In this document: positions 36,556-48,843 of the stretch, in pieces
How the letters are laid out: every line of letters begins with the position of its first letter
Numbering within the stretch: the stretch's first letter is position 1
DNA from: Octopus sinensis
Taxonomy: Eukaryota
Assembly: GCF_006345805.1 (NCBI RefSeq)
Contig: NC_043021.1
Coordinates: forward strand, 18,600,001-18,664,000
Direction: 5' to 3'
DNA length: 64,000 nt
Program-made: the position numbers and the translations under genes
The notes under the pieces: generated by a model
What the model was told of the DNA's origin: nothing
Seen by the model: the letters and a program-made list of their open reading frames with translations, nothing else
The model's database searches: none

Positions 36556-38110
36556 TGTGTGTGTTTGTGTGTCTGTGTTTGTCCCCCTAGCATTGCTTGA
36601 CAACCGATGCTGGTGTGTTTATGTCCCCCGTTACTTAGCGGTTCAGCAAAAGAGACTGATAGAATAAGTACTGCGCTTACAAAAGAATAAGTCCCGAGGT
36701 CGAGTTGCTCGATTAAAGGCGGTGCTCCAGCATGGCCGCAGTCAAATGACTGAAACAAGTAAAAGAGTAATCCCTCAGCATTTAATCCAGCCAAATCCAA
36801 ACCACATATTCTACCTCTTTCATGTTAAAACTGTAAAACTGAGCAGATCCAGCCTCTCACACCTACCCTACAATGCCATTCTAAAAATATACAAACACTA
36901 TTGAAATATTGAAGCTACAAAATAATGCCCAATTAATTGAAGGTCAATTTTATCTTCCCATGGGGGTGGGGGCAAGTCAAATTAAGTACCAGTCATATAC
37001 TGTAGTCGACTGCCCCTCCTCCTCCTCTCTTGCTATAAAGAAATCTGAATGCTTAAAGGGTTAACTTGTTTTTGTTTTTACTTTTTTGGTGTGGGCCTCT
37101 TAAAACAAAATCCAGGTTTTGGATCTGGACATTGAAATAGCTGAGACTCACAGCACTGTGCAGTTGAATGAATTGCTAGAAACAGCAGTCAAATCTCTTC
37201 CAAAGCATACAATCACCTTAACAACGGGAAGGAAACACATCCAAAATAATATAGTCTTGAATAAACACATTACTGCTTGAAAACGACTGGATGGCCAAGG
37301 CTGGAATGGGTTTTAACAAAGGACAACTCGGTCATGACTGACCTAGGACGATACAGGAGCACAAGAGGAAGAGACATGGATCGAAATTTATAAGAAGAGG
37401 GAAAAGGGGTGGAAGGTTTTATGCAGTTTATTGTCTTTATGTAGATCCCATACAACAACTATATCCCCCCCACTTTTTTTCCCTTCACTCCAGCAGGAGT
37501 TAGGTTCGATTTACTTCAGTCATTGCACCACATGGTAGTGACATGGATACATGTTAGTGTCTGTGTAGTGAAACAAAAACCTGCGATCCACAAACAAAGG
37601 ATGCCTCTACGTGGTCGCTCTCCGCTAGAAATAGCAGTTAAATCTCCCTCGAATTACGTCCTACCATCTTTATAAAAGAAAATGCAAGGAACCACTGGGA
37701 CAATGTAATCCTATGTACACTATGACTGAGACAAAGACGGGATGGTCATGGTCAAATCGTTTTTGATCATGTCTGTCTGCTCAGTCACGGTCGACCTGGG
37801 GCTAAAACAACAACATATGGAGATGAAGGAACGGTAGCAAAAGAGAAATAACTCCGGATGGATATGCTAAAAGTAACGGGGCAGCTAAAAGTAACAAGTG
37901 CTGCTGGGATTATCTGTGATGCGGTGCGCAAGCATTTCCTTCCCTCCTAAGAACTAAGAATTACTATGAAGAATTGCTGTTTTGTTCAAGACGAGAAGAC
38001 TTTCTTCTGCGAGAGAGGACGAGGAGGGGGGCGGGCGGAATGAGAGAGGAGGGGCAGGGGGGGCAGTGAAAGCGTGACAAAATATGAAGTTGTGTAAGAG
38101 AGAGAGAGAG

Positions 38111-38150
<40 letters not shown>

Positions 38151-38387
38151 GAGCTGGATCTAAATATAGACACGAAGGCTTAGTAAAACCAACATTACAT
38201 TGAGGGGGAAGAGAAGAGAGAAACGTGCTGTTGATGTTTCCTTTCTTTCTTTCTTTTTTTATTAAATCCTCTCTTGTCTCCTCTCCTTGGCTATTAAAGG
38301 ATATATATGTATATATATATATATATATATATTATTTTATTTTATCTAGTTTCAGCTCACGAGCTGTGGCCATGCTGGGGCACCGCC

Positions 38388-38419
<32 letters not shown>

Positions 38420-39453
38420 ATGTATATAGATATAGAAAAAGAGAGAAATAAGAAGATCAAGAACACCCCCCCTCCCTTTCGTCGAACGGAACACTTAACT
38501 GCGTGTGTTCTGCAACAGTCATCACAGTACAGACCATACTGGAGCAACGACTGTCTGTTTACATCCACCCCCCCCCGTTAAATTAGTTTTCTGTAGACAT
38601 ACACGACAACCACACTAACTGTAAAATATCCTTAAAAACAATGAGAACCTAACAAAGACTCGAACCCACGTCGTCTATGTTGCCCCCCCCCCTCCCAACA
38701 ACTGTTAACCATATTTGTCTCTGATCGTATCTTTGTATATTTCGGTAGGGATCGAATACTATTTCCGATATTATAAACACATCGGCAACTGATCGAACCC
38801 CGGCGTAAATAAACATCATCGATAATAAACAAACGAGTCGACTCGTCTCGTCTCATCTCGCATCACACTTTATACTGCAATATGTTCTCGTTAAAGACAA
38901 GGAAAATCACATTGCATTAATGTAGTCCCAGATACATTGTGCCGTTGACAAAAAAAACAAAAAAAGGGATCATTGCTGGCTCATCTTTGACTACTACAGG
39001 TCTGTTAGGGTTAGGGTGATTTAAGAGTTAAGCGAGATCTCTAACATCATCATCACTAAAGTTAGCAGGAGAGCCGCTAAGTGCTATCTCGAGCAGCGAG
39101 CAATAGCAGTTAAATCTCCCTCAAAACACACACCTTATGGTCTTTAAAAAAAACCAAAAAAAAAACCGACACCATTGTCATAGATTAACGTGGATGACAC
39201 GGGTCGGTCATGTGTGGAAATGTAATTTGTTCACAAATCGGAGCCTGCCAGGTGCTAAAAAAAGGCATATAACCCAACGTGTGTGGGTCTATATATATAT
39301 ATATATATTTCTTTACTACCCACAAGGGGCTAAACACAGAGGGGATAAACAAGGACAGACAAACGGATTAAGTCGATTACATCGACCCCAGTGCGTAACT
39401 GGTACTTAATTTATCGACCCCGAAAGGATGAAAGGCAAAGTCGACCTCGGGTC

Positions 39454-39491
<38 letters not shown>

Positions 39492-40252
39492 TATCATCAT
39501 ATATATAGAGAGAGACATCGTCACCGATAAAAATTCATGCGTGCCAAGTGTTATCGATATGTAATATAGACACGAGAAACGATGCTTCGGCGAAAGAGAA
39601 AATAGAGACGTTGTGGTGTTCAAGCATCGGCAAACAACACACGTGACTCGACGAAAACGGATGTGCACCACTAATGGAAGATGGAAAAGTCGCACCTCTA
39701 AATACTATTTATAAATACATCCACACATAAACGTAAAAGGTTTCTTCGACAAGCGCAAAGCCCAAATTTTGGAACGAATGTATATATATATATTCTTTTA
39801 TTCCTTTGCTTGTTTTAGTCATTTGACTGCGGCCATGCTGGAGCACCGCCTTAAAGAGTTTTAGTCAAGAAATCAACCCGAAGATTTATTCTTTGTAAGC
39901 CTATACCTATTCTATCGGTTTCTTTTGCCGACTACGGGGACATAAGCACACCAACATCGGTTGTCAAGCGATGGCGGGGAGATAAACACAGACACATGCA
40001 TTAGCGGCACGCGGCTATAAAAGACACTTGCCCAAAGTGCCACGCCAGTGGAACTGAAGGACTCTAGTTTTTGGCTGGGACTTTATTTTATCGACCCTGG
40101 AAAGAATGAATGGTAAAGTGGAATACGAAAAGCGGGCGTATAAGGATTTCTAAAGTTTGGCACATTTCGGGTGGTGGGTCATGTTAAATGTAGTCGATTA
40201 TGTCAAACCTTAGTTAACTGGTATTTTGTTTTACCGACACCAGTACTTTACT

Positions 40253-40607
40253 GGTACTTTATCGAGCCCGGAAGGCTCAAAAGCAAACTGACCTCGGCGG
40301 GATCTGCACTCAAAACGTAAATACCGATAACACCGCAAGGTACTTTATCGAACCCGGAAGGCTCAAAAGCAAACTGACCTCGGCGGGATCTGCACTCAAA
40401 ACGTAAATACCGATAACACCGCAAGGTACTTTATCGAGCCCGGAAGGCTCAAAAGCAAACTGACCTCGGCGGGATCTGCACTCAAAACGTAAATACCGAT
40501 AACACCGCAAGGTACTTTATCGAGCCCGGAAGGCTCAAAAGCAAACTGACCTCGGCGGGATCTGCACTCAAAACGTAAATACCGATAACACCGCAAGGTA
40601 CTTTATC
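40253..40607. repeat. 86 bp tandem repeat, 4 full units + 11 bp
   Basis: Units start at 40253, 40339, 40425, 40511; one substitution seen; the unit is a diverged SINE B segment. Confidence 0.95.
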
Positions 40608-41602
40608 CGACTCTCTAACGCTTTTATCGCCCTAAATAATGTTTCTAACACAAGCACAAGGCCACAAGTTTGAGGCGAGAAGGTTTAGGCGATTAAATCG
40701 CTTTCGGTACTTGAATGGTTAGGGTTTACCTGATTGGTTCTTCACTTCATTGATTCCGGGAGGATAGATGAAATGTAAAGTTGATCTCAGACGGATTTGA
40801 ACTGAGAATATAAAACGTTGTAATTTAATACCGACCCTCTAACGATTCTGCCCTCCATTACTTATTTGCACAGAAGAACAAAAATGGGATTATGAAAGCT
40901 TTATGCTTTTTTCTGGTGAGCACCGATTGTGGGATGTGATGTGAAATAGCATCACAACTGACCAGAGAAAACCGGGTAGTAGGGGTGGTGGACCTCGCTA
41001 GAGAAAATCTCACCCGTAACCCTATAAGCTCCTGGCAGTAGTTATTCTGTTCTGATCAAGCATGAAGTTAATATTTGGTGTGGGGGGATACGTAATAATA
41101 ATTGAATGTGGATGGAGTGTTTCGTTTCGTGAAATATTCGATCAGAGAAACATAAATATAAAAATTTATTTACTCATCGACCCTCTCAACCCTCCACGCG
41201 AAATCTGAGCTTAGAACAGGCAAAAAAAAAAAATCATAAATCCAACTAAATTACTGCAACATAAATTTAGTTGGGCGCCTCTTCTGTTTTGGCGAACTCC
41301 GTCTCCTGCTTACCCCGTCCCCTCATTTCATCTCCCCACTCTCTCTTTTTAATTATATATCAATCAACACAATAATCATTGGCATTGCATTAAATGTAAT
41401 ATGTAAGGTATAAAAAAAAGTACAGATTTTCAGACTGATTATATATATATATATAAAATTAATTAAGGGTAGAAATTGATATTTATCAATTAAAACCAGT
41501 GGTCTAGCATATTAAAAAAGAATCCGAAGATTAAAATATTTATATATACCAATTAAGGACTGAACACGAAAAGTGGACAGTCAACATGCTAGATATAGAC
41601 GT

Positions 41603-41642
<40 letters not shown>

Positions 41643-42174
41643 CTACACACAAGCATATATTACATATATAGACAACATGCATTTCGCTTGTCATATATAG
41701 TCTTTCTCGATCTACAGACACACAATCACATGTATGAATATGTGAGTATATTATATATATATATTCGAATATGCCTCAAAAGGTGAAATTTGAAGTCCCA
41801 GTCAATCCGTACAAACAATAAATTTAACTAATACTAACACCCGTATTGAATCCTTCCATTAGTAAATGTGATATTTTAAACTTAACAACCCTAATACATT
41901 AAAGATCGCCTATATATATATATATATAATATAGAAATTATATATATATACAGACAGAACACACGTTTTTTACCAGGTGTTAAATAACCATTGATATACA
42001 TGCATTTATATTATATATACACATATATATATATTGTTACATGGATATATATATCGTAAGCACATTAATTTCTAAAATACTCAGCATATATAATATACTA
42101 CAAATACATTATATATAATATATAGCTAATACAGACATAAATACATGTATATATATAGCTGTTCGTCAGGTGTG

Positions 42175-42206
<32 letters not shown>

Positions 42207-42532
42207 TGTGTTAGAAGTATTGGAGGTGATGTATAGATTTAATACATATGACAGGAGTAGTTGAAAGCGCTGATATGAAGAAATAATAGGTGATATGTAA
42301 ATAAATATGTATTTTTACAACCATCCAGCATTCTGAACACCTTTTTTCTTTCTTATGTATATATGGATGTATGTATGTGTGTGTATATATCATTCCTACA
42401 TGCTTGCCTATTTACGCAAACAGCGTGTATAAAACGAAAGCTGAAAAGGAAAAAAGCGACACAGAATCCAACTAGAAACCCTGTTGAATAATAAGCGTCC
42501 ATAAAAGCTGTGTAATTCGAGGTTTTACTAAC

Positions 42533-42587
42533 CGTAAATGGTTCGCAAACGTCTTTCATTTACATCCACATTGCCACGGCTCGCCAT
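42533..42587 (-). CDS. NAA25: NAA25 exon 1 (MASRGNVDVNERRLRTIY)
   Basis: ATG at 42587; matches the conserved NAA25/MDM20 N-terminus (..ERRLRxIY); 55 nt, donor GTTAGT, phase 1 joins exon 2. Confidence 0.93.
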
Positions 42588-42646
42588 CTTCACTGTGGAA
42601 CTCTCACTACAAAAAAGGTAGACAAGACGATGGCGAACCACGTGAC
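42582..42646 (-). promoter_or_regulatory. NAA25 proximal promoter motifs
   Basis: YY1-like AAGATGGCG overlapping the start codon (42582-42590) and E-box GTCACGTGG (42638-42646), in CpG-retaining sequence. Motif match only. Confidence 0.45.
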
Positions 42647-45600
42647 CGATAGTCCGTTGTTGTTGTTGTTTAGCCCTAGGCTGACCATGATTGAGTAAAC
42701 TTGTAAATCACAAGTATTCCTCCCCCTGACCGTTTCGTCTGTTTTTTTTGGGGGGTGGAGGGGTTATCTACGTCTAACACTGTTTAATGTGTCCTTCGCA
42801 TTTTAAAGACCAAAGTACGAGTTAGGAGGAGTTTGACTGCTGTTTCTAGCAGAACGAGCGACTTTGTACAAATTCTATGCCTGGTGTCAGTCCTTCACCG
42901 TCTTAGTTGTTGCTTTGTGATAGTGGTGGTGGTGGTCGAATGGTACAGTGGTAGTGATGGTGGAGATGGTAATAGCGGTGGTGGTGGTGGTGGTAGCTTC
43001 GCCGTTGTAGTTGTTCACCTTGCTTCTTTTATGTCGGTGCTGGCGATTTTGCTAATGATGTAGTTGTTGTTTTTGTTGTTGTTAGTGACGGTTTCTTTTA
43101 TTGTTATAATCATTCCTTTTGTTTGTCTTTGATTTTTTTAAATGAAATTGTTACTGTGGTTGCCAAGAAATAGTTTATTTGCAAATTTGAGTCGTACTAA
43201 TCTTCACCTCATGCAGTTAGAAATTAATTTTAGCATAGAAACGTCTGTTTATTATTATTATTGGCGTTATTACTCTCTCAAGACAACAAAATAATAACAG
43301 CAAGTTGCGATCCTAGTTTTTTTTTTAATAATTTATGTATCACGTGGTAAGAGAGAGTGCTCTCCCTTACTTAAACCGGAAGTTGAACCTCAGCATTATT
43401 CGTTGAGTAAAGTCTTTGGTCTTCAAATGTCTCTGTCGTTATTCCTTACTACAGTTTAATCATCAAATCAAATATTGACATTGTTTTGAGCCCTTAAAGA
43501 CTGGAGACAGTTCCTTCTCAATCAGTAGACAACCTCTGAAATATAAATGCTAGTTTAGGTACATTTTAATAATTTCTTGCTAGTATTTCTGACCTTGCAG
43601 ACGACACACTGTCTCATAAACTAAGAATCACGAGAATTATTCGAGCTTGCTGCAGATTGTGACAATTGCGAGGTCTTGATAATTTTACCCGACGGATGTC
43701 CACTTTAAACCTGTGAATAAGTTTTTTTTTTTTGCGAGCTATAAAGTCATGGCTTGCAAACAACCGTTAAACGATTCCCGGGGTCGATTTCTTCAAGGCT
43801 CAAAATTCCTGGCTAAAGAACATCAATAGAACTGTATGCAAAAACATTCCATAAGGGACGCTTTCATTTCTAGAATAGTATCAACCAACATGAAGCTAAG
43901 ACTACAAGAAAATAAACCGCAGGACTTCAAATCAGTCGTTTATAAATATATCAGAATAACATTGCTGGCTCAGTGGTTAAATCGTCGAGCTCACAACCAT
44001 GTGGTTGTAAGTTCGATTCCTGGACCGGGCTGTGTATTGTGTTCTTGAGCAAGACACTTTATTTCATGTTGCTCCAGTTCACTCAGCTGTAGACGTTGCA
44101 GGTGCCAAGCTGTATTAACCTTTGCCTTGCCCTTGGACAACATCAGTGGCATGGAGAGGGGAGGCTGGTATGCATTGCCGACTGCTGGTCTTCCATAAAT
44201 AATCTTGTCTGGATTTATGCCTCAAGGGGTTACTCTCTAGGCGCATTTCCATTGTCATTCATGATCAAAGGGGGTCTTTACCCACTTAAAGTAGCAAGCT
44301 GGCAGATTTGTTAACACGCCGGTCGAAACAATTAGGATTTGTCCATCCTCATGTTCTGAGTTCAAATTCTGTCGAGGTTGGCTTTATCTTTCATTCTTTT
44401 GGGAGTCAATAAAATAAGTACCAGTTACGCACTGGGGTCAATGTAATTGACTATCATCTACCTGAAATTGCTGCCCTTCTGCTACATTTTAATATTCTTT
44501 TGTACTCTAGGCACAAGGCCCGAAATTTGAAGGGGAGGAGGGCCAGTCGATTAGATCGACCCTAGTACACAACTGGGACTTAATTTATCGATCTCAGTGG
44601 AATTTGAACTCAGAACATAAAGGGAGACAAAATACCAATTTCTTTACTACCCACAAGGGGCTAAACACAGAGAGGACAAACAAGGACAGACAAACGGATT
44701 AAGTCGATTATATCGACTCCAGTGCATAACTGGTACTTATTTAATCGACCCCAAAAGGATGAAAGGCAAAGTCGACCGTGGCGGAATTTGAACTCAGAAT
44801 GTAGCGGCAGACGAAATACTGTTAAGCATTTCGCCTGGTGTGCTAATGATTCTTCCAGCTCGCTGCCTTACATCTTAATATTACTTGTTTAAAAGGGTAG
44901 TGAACAGACAGAAACGTTAGCATGCCGGGCGAAATGCTTAGTGGTGTTTCATCTGCTGTTACATTCTGAGTTTAAATTCCACTGAGGTTGACTTTGCCTT
45001 TCATCCTTTCAGGGTCGATTAAATAAGTACCAGTTACGCACTGGGGTCGATGTAATCGACTTATTCCCTTTGTCTGTCCTCTCTGTGTTTAGCCTCCTGT
45101 GAGCAATAAAGAAATAAATATTACTTGTTTAAAGGTATTGTGAGGAAGACTGCAGATTCAATAAGACAATAGATTCACTGCATAATCAAAGAGGTCACCA
45201 GAAAATCTAAGAATTAAATCTTGGAGTATTCCGGCTGGAGCAGTTTCCCTAATATTATTTGTTGTAGGTGTGCATAGAAATTTGCTTGAGTGCAACATTT
45301 TTGTCTTTCTGTACAAATAATGTATGCAAAGTATGTGCACATTCATGCATGTAAACATTTGCAATTTTTGAAAATTGAAAATTGAATCTCATCTGAAAAA
45401 ATTTGTGCATTCACGTTTTCCCCATTTGTGCATTTGTTATAAAACCATGTGCACGCCCACATTTCCCCCATTTGTGTGCTTCTTGTAAAACATGTATGCG
45501 CACATAAGCTCACAGCTTAGATGGAACGTTAGGCTGGGGTAACACCCACACCTACCAAAACATGAAAATCACAAACAAAGCCTTGTGCTTGACTTCTGTG

Positions 45601-46151
45601 TCACAATCAACATGGATATTCTTGTTGATGCATTTTCTGTGCCTTTCAATCGTATTTATGTTCCTGTAAAGTTGGTCTCAACTTTAGCACGACGGATGAA
45701 ATGTGTAGCCATATTTCATCTGTCGTTACGTTGTGAGTTCAAATTCCACCGAGGTCGACTTTGCCTTTCGTCCTTTCGGGGTCGATAAATTAAGTACCAG
45801 TTACACACTGGGGTCGATGTAATCGACTTAATACCTATGTCTGTCCTTGTTTGTCCCCTCTGTGTTTAACCCCTTGTGGGTAATAAAGAAATAGGTATCA
45901 ACATGTCTATCATAAACAACCACCACAATTAAAGACCATCTTTATACAGTTTCTCCACTGATTGGGACAATTGCCTCGATAACAAGACTTTCATTTGAAC
46001 TTACGAATGCAGGGACCGCTTTCCAATGATTGATGAACAAAATGATCCAGTTGAATATTCATGAATCTTCTTCCTGGTATTTACACAACATCATTGCTTG
46101 TGGTAACTTTATTAAACACCACGACTTACCACATACAGATAATTCTATGTA

Positions 46152-46447
46152 CAGTGGAACCTCATTTTGTGAACACTAATTAAGGAACGATTTTTCGAAT
46201 ATAAAACTTCTCGGGTGGTGAAGAGTGACTCGAGTAACAAATACGCAACAACGGGTTAGTAAGAAACTGTGTGAATCAGTGGGAGAGCATCAGTTTCTAT
46301 CTAGCTTTCACTCATTGCACATCCCACCTCGGATTCACTGTGCCATCTCCTGAATTTCCTATGGCAAAAATAGTTTCAGTTTACAAAGATTTCAGATAAC
46401 GAACAGCCTCCAAGAGCAAATTGAATTTGTAAACGAAGGTTCCATTT
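46152..46447. mobile_element. Tigger/pogo-like MITE (degenerate)
   Basis: TA-CAGTGGAACCTC...GAAGGTTCCATTT-TA. Confidence 0.55.
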
Positions 46448-48325
46448 TATCTTAACGTAATCCTTCATAGAGATCACTTACATCTTTGTCTTGAATCTGT
46501 TGTTATACTTGTAGAAAAAGGGCGGTGAGCTGGCAGAAATGTTAGCACGTTGGGCGAAGTGCGTAGCCGTATTTCGTCTGCCGCTACGTTCTGAGTTCAA
46601 ATTCTGCCACGGTCGACTTTGCCTTTCATCCTTTCGGGGTCGATAAATAAAGTACCAGTTACGCACTGGGGTCAATGTAATCGACTTAATCCATTCGTCT
46701 GTCCTTGTTCATCCCCTCTGTGTTTAGCCCCTTGTGGGTAGTAAAGAAATTTATACTTGTAGAAATAAAATTTGCTGATATTCGATCTGTTAAACTTTTG
46801 ATTCACTGATAGTTTTGCTTATCAACATTGTTTTCAACTCTTTGTCTAAGCTGCAGACAGAAAACTGATTTTAGAAAGTTATATTTTGACCTCACCGGTT
46901 TCTGTTTCAATAAATCATCTGCTCAATTCTTCAAGTTCCTTCCAGCAGTTAGTGTCACACTTCCAACAGATACACACTCCTTTAGTCCCAGGCCTACTCA
47001 GCCCAGTGTTGAAATTGAAAATTCTATCTCCATTCCAATATGAGAGCCAAGTGTTAAGAGCAATTGCCAACTGTCTATTGAGCTGGAGTTGCCAGCAACA
47101 CAGCAAACCCACTCAGTCAATGGCAGCTATGGCCAGCAGCTGTCAGGTAATACCCAACTGATTTTCTGCTACCTGCCACATTATACACACATTTGTCTAA
47201 ATATTGATAAATAAACATTTTCACAACCATACTTTTCATATATGTTGCTAGCTAGACATATATCCATATTTGAATCACTAGAACAGTGGTTCCTAACCTT
47301 TTCACTACCAAGGACCCCTTTTATTTAAATGAGTTTTCCCATGGACCCCTTTTAACATGCTTATCCTTATGCATATATAAATATATATATATACATACAC
47401 ACACACATATACATATACACACATATGTATATATATACATATATATATATATACATATATATTACATCGACCCCAGTGCGTAACTGGTACTTAATTTATT
47501 GGCCCCGAAAGGATGAAAGGCAAAGTCGACCTCAGCGGAATTTGAACTCAGAACATAACGACAGACGAAATACAGCTACGCATTTCGCCCGGTGTGCTAA
47601 CGTTTCTGCCAGCTCGCCGCCTTTTTATTTATTACTATATGCTGATATCAACTGTCATCCATTGTTCGATGCCTCAAACATTTATTCTTTGGCACGTAAA
47701 AAGCACCATTCGAGCGTGATTGTTACCAGCATCGCCTTACTGGCACTTGTGCCGGTGGCACGTGAAAAAACATTCGAGTGAGGTCGTTGTCAGGTGGCAT
47801 GTAAAAAACACCATTTGAGCATGACCGTTGTCAGTACCACCTGACTGGCCCTGTGCCGGTGGCATGTAAAAATCACCCACTACACTCTTGGAGTGGTTGG
47901 TGTTAGGAAGGGCATCCAGTTGTAGAAACTCTGCCAGATCAAGATTGGAGTCTGGTGCAGCCATCTGGTTCGCCAGGCCTCAGTCAAATCGTCCAACCCA
48001 TGCTAGCATGGAAAGCGGATGTTAAACGATGATGATGAATGTTGCAAACCCACCCCCGCCTCATGTTTACCATTCTTGATAAACAATCCAACTGCAAAAG
48101 TGCAGTGTGCATCAATTCAAACCACAATGGTAACTCAAAACGAGAAACACACACACACACACTCGAAGCTACCTGAAGACACCATTAACACCTGCTTACC
48201 ATTGACAGTTATGCTCTGTCGACAGTGTTAAATAAATTTTTTTTTTTCTGGTGCTCTCTTCGTCTCTAGTTGGAACTAACGAGTGCCTTGAACAATGATA
48301 CAAGATATCAATTCAGGCAAAATTC

Positions 48326-48843
48326 GGATCTTTTCCTTTTGAACGGCAGACAATTTCTAGTTAACTAAACACTTTTAAACTTCGTATACTGGTAGAATGT
48401 GTCAAAATAAAACATTTTTTTCTCTTGGCTTTCTTGATGAAATTGTAATTCGTTTGTTTAACGTAGTTTAATTTTTCGAATTTTAACCAATCCTATGCTC
48501 TCTTTTGAGCTAAAATCATTTGCTGCGTCTAAAACAGACAACATCCTGTCACTACCCCTCAACCTAACCCTAATCCTTTTTTTTTTTTCTTAATTGTTAA
48601 ATTAATTTAATTGTTATGCATGTAAAAAAAACGAAAGCAATGGAAAATGATTTTAGCCGATTGGTTAAAATTGCCTAAATGCTCGGATTTTCAGATGAAA
48701 TATCTTACAAACTATAGAATTTTCTCAATAAAGCCAAGAAAAAAATGATGTTTTATAAACACATTCTACCAGTATACGAAGTTTAAAAGTGTTTAGTTAA
48801 CTAGAAATTGTGTTGACATCTGCCGTTCAAAAGGAAAAGATCC
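48326..48843. mobile_element. Long-TIR MITE (GGATC...GATCC), 8 bp TSD
   Basis: TSD CAAAATTC (48318-25, 48844-51); roughly 100 bp imperfect inverted termini; internal CCTAACCCTAA. Confidence 0.8.

Noticed and set aside
39004-39016. TTAGGGTTAGGG telomeric motif
   Set aside because: Only two units; expected by chance or from MITE debris.
40253-40607. CRISPR-like regular array
   Set aside because: Units are contiguous and near-identical with no unique spacers, are SINE-derived, and lie in a eukaryotic intron with no cas genes.
146-42587. Minor-spliceosome (U12) introns or recursive splice sites in NAA25
   Set aside because: All 13 donors are U2-type with no RTATCCTT. Exons 3, 10, 12 and 13 begin with GT, but Val/Gly codons explain this and the regenerated donors are weak.
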